Shown in pieces: positions 7,695-10,963 of a DNA stretch of 10,963 nt. Origin of the DNA: Verrucomicrobiota bacterium (GTDB taxonomy: Bacteria; Verrucomicrobiota; Verrucomicrobiia; Verrucomicrobiales; DEV007). Positions within the stretch are counted from its first letter, which is position 1, and each line of letters opens with the position of its first letter. Made by a program: the position numbers and the translations under genes. Location of the stretch: NCBI GenBank assembly GCA_045046875.1, contig JASFYY010000081.1, positions 1-10,963 on the forward strand, written 5' to 3'. The notes under the pieces were generated by a model that ran no database searches, was not told the origin of the DNA, and saw only the letters and a list, made by a program, of their open reading frames with translations.

Positions 7695-8984
7695 TTAAAT
7701 TCCATTCATTTTGCGAAACTGATCCAGCTTCCCAACGCTCTCGTAAAATTTGATTTCGTCCTCGCCTGCTTGCAGCAAAGCCGCCTTCACCTCATCCGGC
7801 TGCCGCAAACCCAACATGTGATCTTTGATCAGATCCATCTTGACCACCTGAATCGCCATGAAATCCTGCGCCACATCCGGAGTAGCGGCGTAGTTGCCAG
7901 CCTCCTGCCCCGCTTTTAACAGCTCAGTGAATGCCACCCCCTCACTCGCCGCACGCCCTTTGGCGTCATCGATGTCGTCCGTCCAGTCACTGTGAGCGAT
8001 CAAGAAATAATCACGCATCGACTGCTTGTTGTAATTCATCACGTAGGTCACCCCGTCGTATTCCACAAAACCCGTCGCACGGAATGAATCGGTATCAATG
8101 GTATCAACAAAAACCACATCGTCGCCATCCTTGGCGAACTCCCATTTGATGTCCCACAAACGCAGCCCGATCTTGTCCAGCAAGTGCCTCACAAACCAGG
8201 CACCCAATACCGCCATTTTTCCGCTTTTCACCCACATATCCCCAGTCAACCCACTCATTGCCAAGGCCTCCTGCTTGCTCACCATCCGATCTTCCGGTTC
8301 AAATTTGCTGGTGCAGTCACTCACCGGGCGCTCCAACATTTTCCACGCCTCAAGCGCCTGGGTCACACCCAATTCCTGCTCGAAAGACTTGCGCGCCGCC
8401 GCATCCATTTTCAGATACTTACGGTAAACCGACGAACCACTGGTGATCCCAAAACGCACGATGTATTCCAGTGGAATCACAAAACCGTCCTCATGCGGAA
8501 ATTTTGAATAGTCGTAAAGATGGGCACCTAGAAACTGTGTCTCGTCCGGTGTCAAAATCTGATACTTGCGCACCACATTGTAAGCACTGGGCGTTTCGGG
8601 CAACCCCGCGCAACACACCTCGCCGCTCCTGGCATCGATCATGCCCTCATGATGAGTGCGGGCGCCACGTTCACAAACGTCCTCCATCGCCCCGGTCAAA
8701 AGCTCATCGCGGTAAACATCATCCACTTCCGAACTGGCTCGAATGCCATCCAGCACTTCTTGCCAGAGCTCCGGTTTGCTCATCTCCGTATACAGGACAT
8801 GTCGAAAAACCGCTCGTGACACATCGCTGCCGGGAATCTCGAACAAGGCCCCCACATCGAAAACCGACCCTTGGTTGGTGGTTTGAGTGACCATCACCGC
8901 ATCGTCGGTTTTGACCGCATATAGCTTCTGAACCGATCCTGTGTAGAAAGGTTCACCCAGTTCGTTGAGTGGAATCACAGACAT
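7695..8984 (-). CDS. purC: SAICAR synthetase family protein, long divergent form
   Basis: YTGSVQKLY, GSVFDVG, IPLEYIVR...GSS, TSKFEPEDR, DIKWEF, VFVDTIDTDSFR and NKQSMRDY align in order with the SAICAR synthetase motifs (GKxK/SxFD/PxExxxR/TK...D/DxKxEF/D...DxxR/KxxxR). First gene of the pur operon; 429 aa. Confidence 0.85.
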   Translation of the reverse strand: MSVIPLNELGEPFYTGSVQKLYAVKTDDAVMVTQTTNQGSVFDVGALFEIPGSDVSRAVFRHVLYTEMSKPELWQEVLDGIRASSEVDDVYRDELLTGAMEDVCERGARTHHEGMIDARSGEVCCAGLPETPSAYNVVRKYQILTPDETQFLGAHLYDYSKFPHEDGFVIPLEYIVRFGITSGSSVYRKYLKMDAAARKSFEQELGVTQALEAWKMLERPVSDCTSKFEPEDRMVSKQEALAMSGLTGDMWVKSGKMAVLGAWFVRHLLDKIGLRLWDIKWEFAKDGDDVVFVDTIDTDSFRATGFVEYDGVTYVMNYNKQSMRDYFLIAHSDWTDDIDDAKGRAASEGVAFTELLKAGQEAGNYAATPDVAQDFMAIQVVKMDLIKDHMLGLRQPDEVKAALLQAGEDEIKFYESVGKLDQFRKMNGI

Positions 8985-9106
8985 ATTGCCTCGCTCTAAT
9001 TGGATAATTACTAATTACGTTTGGTACGGCGACAAAAGACGCTACGGTCGCAAATGTCACGCAAAAAAGCCCACCTTTTTAAAATATAAATTACACCGCA
9101 AATTTT

Positions 9107-9115
9107 TGCTATAAA
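9107..9115 (+). promoter_or_regulatory. Extended -10 promoter candidate for pyrD
   Basis: TG-C-TATAAA (9107-9115), 11 nt before the pyrD ATG at 9127. No SD in between, implying a very short leader. Confidence 0.45.
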
Positions 9116-9126
9116 CCACTGCCCAA

Positions 9127-10176
9127 ATGCCTGATTTTTATAAAATAGCACAAAAAGTTTTATTCTCACTGGAACCAGAGACCGCCCATCACCTTACCCT
9201 GAGCGGAGCCAATTTTGCCCATCAACTCGGCTTGCTCACCTTGGTCACCGGCAAAGCCCCCGAATGCGCCCCCGTTGAAGTAATGGGCCTGTCATTCCCC
9301 AACCGCATCGGCCTCGCCGCCGGCATGGACAAATCAGGCCTCGCCGTCGCCGCCTTCGGCACACTGGGTTTTGGCCATGTCGAGATCGGCACCATCACTC
9401 CACGCGCGCAGCCCGGCAACGAACAACCTCGCCTCTTTCGCCTGCTCGAACACCAGGCCATCATCAATCGCATGGGATTCAACAACCCGGGCATGGCCGT
9501 CGTATTAGCGAACCTCGAAAAATCACGCCAAGGTTTCAAAGGCATCGTCGGCATCAATATCGGCAAAAATTTTGATACCCCCAATGAAAACGCACTCGAC
9601 GACTACCTGACCTGCTTCCGCCAGGCCTACAGCGCCGCCGATTACATCGCGATCAACCTGTCCTCGCCCAATACCAAAGGTCTGCGCGACCTGCAAGCCG
9701 CCGATACCACCCGCCAGTTGATCAAAGCCCTGCAAGACGAGCGCAAAAAACTCGCCAAGTCCAATCAAGGGCGCCAAGTCCCCATCGCCGTCAAAATCGC
9801 CCCCGACTTATCCGACCCACACATCGACGAGCTCGCCGCCGTATTCAGCGAGACCCACATCGACGGCGTCATCGCCACCAATACCACCATCGACCGTCAA
9901 GCCGTCACCGGTCACCCACTCGCCGACGAAGGTGGCGGACTCAGCGGACGCCCCGTCACCCAGCGCTCGACCGAAGTCATCCGCCGCCTGCGCAAAAACC
10001 TCGACGACAAGATCCCTATCATCGGTGTCGGCGGTATCTTCACCGCCGAAGACGCACAAAATAAACTCGACGCTGGAGCCTCCCTCGTGCAGATTTACAC
10101 CGGACTCATCTACCAAGGCCCCACCCTCATCCACGAAATCATCGGGCTAGAAAAAGAAGTAAGTCCAAAGCTATAA
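9127..10176 (+). CDS. pyrD: Quinone-dependent dihydroorotate dehydrogenase (class 2)
   Basis: LFSLEPETAHHL N-terminal membrane-associated segment, GLAAGMDK, GTITPRAQPGNEQPRLFRL, INRMGFNNPG, NIGKN, NLSSPNT (catalytic Ser), KIAPDL, TNTT, GGLSG, IIGVGGI, VQIYTG. Confidence 0.98.
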   Translation: MPDFYKIAQKVLFSLEPETAHHLTLSGANFAHQLGLLTLVTGKAPECAPVEVMGLSFPNRIGLAAGMDKSGLAVAAFGTLGFGHVEIGTITPRAQPGNEQPRLFRLLEHQAIINRMGFNNPGMAVVLANLEKSRQGFKGIVGINIGKNFDTPNENALDDYLTCFRQAYSAADYIAINLSSPNTKGLRDLQAADTTRQLIKALQDERKKLAKSNQGRQVPIAVKIAPDLSDPHIDELAAVFSETHIDGVIATNTTIDRQAVTGHPLADEGGGLSGRPVTQRSTEVIRRLRKNLDDKIPIIGVGGIFTAEDAQNKLDAGASLVQIYTGLIYQGPTLIHEIIGLEKEVSPKL

Positions 10177-10185
10177 ATCCAAAAA

Positions 10186-10216
10186 ATTTCAAATCTTAGA
10201 TTTCAAATCTTAAATT
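10186..10216. repeat. 14-bp direct repeat (7-nt periodic) in the pyrD-DUF302 spacer
   Basis: ATTTCAAATCTTAG (10186-10199), ATTTCAAATCTTAA (10200-10213), then ATT. Contains the palindrome AAATCT-T-AGATTT (10191-10203). Confidence 0.75.
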
Positions 10217-10224
10217 CCACGCCC

Positions 10225-10614
10225 ATGTCTTCCACCATCAATCGCACATCCACCAAATCCATCGACCAGACCTGCGAAGATCTGCAGGCTGCCGTCAGCA
10301 ATCACAAATTCGGCGTATTGACCGTTCACAATCTGGCCCAGACCATGGCCAACAAAGGCGTCGAGTTCAACGGCGAATGCCGCATCTTCGAAGTCTGCAA
10401 TCCGCATCAGGCAAAAAAGGTGCTCGAGTCCAATCCCGAAATCTCCACCGCCCTGCCCTGCCGCATCTCGGTTTACACCGAAGGAGACACGGTCAAACTT
10501 TCCACCATCAGCCCCTCGCTGATGCTCGGCATGTTCGGTGCCGACGACATCAAAGCCGTCGCTGACGAAGTCGAAGAAACGCTCACCGCCATCATGGACG
10601 AAGCGGTGAATTAA
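10225..10614 (+). CDS. DUF302 domain-containing protein
   Basis: 129 aa. FGVLTVHNL...KG...CRIFEVCNPHQAKKVL...ALPCRISVY, with the CNP and LPC motifs recognised as DUF302. Confidence 0.88.
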   Translation: MSSTINRTSTKSIDQTCEDLQAAVSNHKFGVLTVHNLAQTMANKGVEFNGECRIFEVCNPHQAKKVLESNPEISTALPCRISVYTEGDTVKLSTISPSLMLGMFGADDIKAVADEVEETLTAIMDEAVN

Positions 10615-10644
10615 ATCAGATTCCCTCCCATTCCACACGGAATA

Positions 10645-10790
10645 TCAGGAGGAGGCATCTTTGCCCACCATCGCCGCCTTGGCCTTAGCCTCGTGGGCAG
10701 CCTTGTGTTTAGCCGCACAAGGCGAGCAGCAACTTGGCAAAACCGAAGCAATTCCTACAACAAGGGCAAACAACAAAATAGTTTTTTCAT
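10645..10790 (-). pseudogene. Small Cys-rich lipoprotein-like gene with an apparent 1-nt deletion in an A6 tract
   Basis: As written, ATG AAA AAA CTA... stops after 11 codons. Adding one A gives MKKTILLFALVVGIASVLPSCCSPCAAKHKAAHEAKAKAAMVGKDASS* (48 aa, TGA at 10647-10645), with a basic N-terminus, hydrophobic stretch and lipobox-like LPS-C. Confidence 0.55.
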
Positions 10791-10897
10791 GACCTCCAAC
10801 TACCGCCCTCCATCAAAGGTGGTCAACCATTTTTCTGCCTGGCAAAATCTACCGGGTGTAAGATAAAATAGTTAAGCTGCTGACCGCTGTGCATTTC

Positions 10898-10950
10898 GCC
10901 CTTTGCAGGGCTGGGAGAATTGGATTTTTTACCCAGTGCTGCGCACTGGG
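10898..10950. repeat. REP-like paired GC-rich hairpins
   Basis: GCCCT-TTGC-AGGGC (10898-10911) and CCCAGTGC-TGC-GCACTGGG (10932-10950) in intergenic DNA. Confidence 0.6.
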
Positions 10951-10963
10951 CTATATCATTGAG

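Noticed and set aside
1190..8890. Numerous alternative-frame and antisense ORFs within the pur genes (e.g. 2008-2616, 4084-4809, 5937-6389)
   Set aside because: Shadow ORFs fully overlapping well-supported enzymes; no family motifs.
7695..8984. Idea that the divergent PurC and PurF mark a modified-base or secondary-metabolite pathway
   Set aside because: All neighbours are standard de novo purine enzymes with intact catalytic motifs, and no tailoring, phage or resistance genes are present in the window.
9096..9111. Resemblance of CCGCAAATTTTTGCTA to the E. coli PurR box (ACGCAAACGTTTGCGT)
   Set aside because: Lacks the central CG required for LacI-family hinge-helix binding, and nothing suggests a gammaproteobacterial host. 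Kept only as an unassigned palindrome.
8985..9126. Purine, ZTP or PRPP riboswitch upstream of the pur operon
   Set aside because: The spacer is short, shared with the pyrD promoter, and shows no recognisable aptamer consensus or terminator. An Rfam scan would be decisive.
9222..10638. Antisense or alternative ORFs over pyrD and the DUF302 gene
   Set aside because: Explained by the strong C-ending codon bias of the real genes, which suppresses stops in other frames.
10630..10643. Hairpin ATTCC-ACAC-GGAAT between the convergent DUF302 and small lipoprotein genes as a terminator
   Set aside because: Only a 5-bp weak stem with no U-tract; insufficient support.

Overview
Bacterial genomic window; the repeat types and gene forms suggest the PVC superphylum, possibly Verrucomicrobia (inference only). 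The core is a minus-strand purine biosynthesis operon: atypical 429-aa purC, a 150-aa tandem-PurS-like gene, purL, purQ, purM and a long-form purF. It is divergent from a class 2 pyrD followed by a DUF302 gene. The left 960 bp is accessory DNA: the 3' end of a PIN/VapC toxin missed by the ORF track, a degenerate attC-like hairpin, a second attC right-arm remnant, and a complete AbrB-type vapBC module with its own promoter, bracketed by a 9-bp direct repeat (TCAACCGTT). This looks like the decayed end of an integron cassette array (CALIN-like) carrying toxin-antitoxin cassettes. The right end has a small Cys-rich lipoprotein-like gene broken by a 1-nt homopolymer frameshift, plus REP-like hairpins. 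No clearly new multi-gene system can be demonstrated from sequence alone. The best leads are the attC/TA cassette remnants, the divergent archaeal-like PurC with its tandem PurS, and the nearly C-free, G-run-rich mRNA spacer between purQ and purM.
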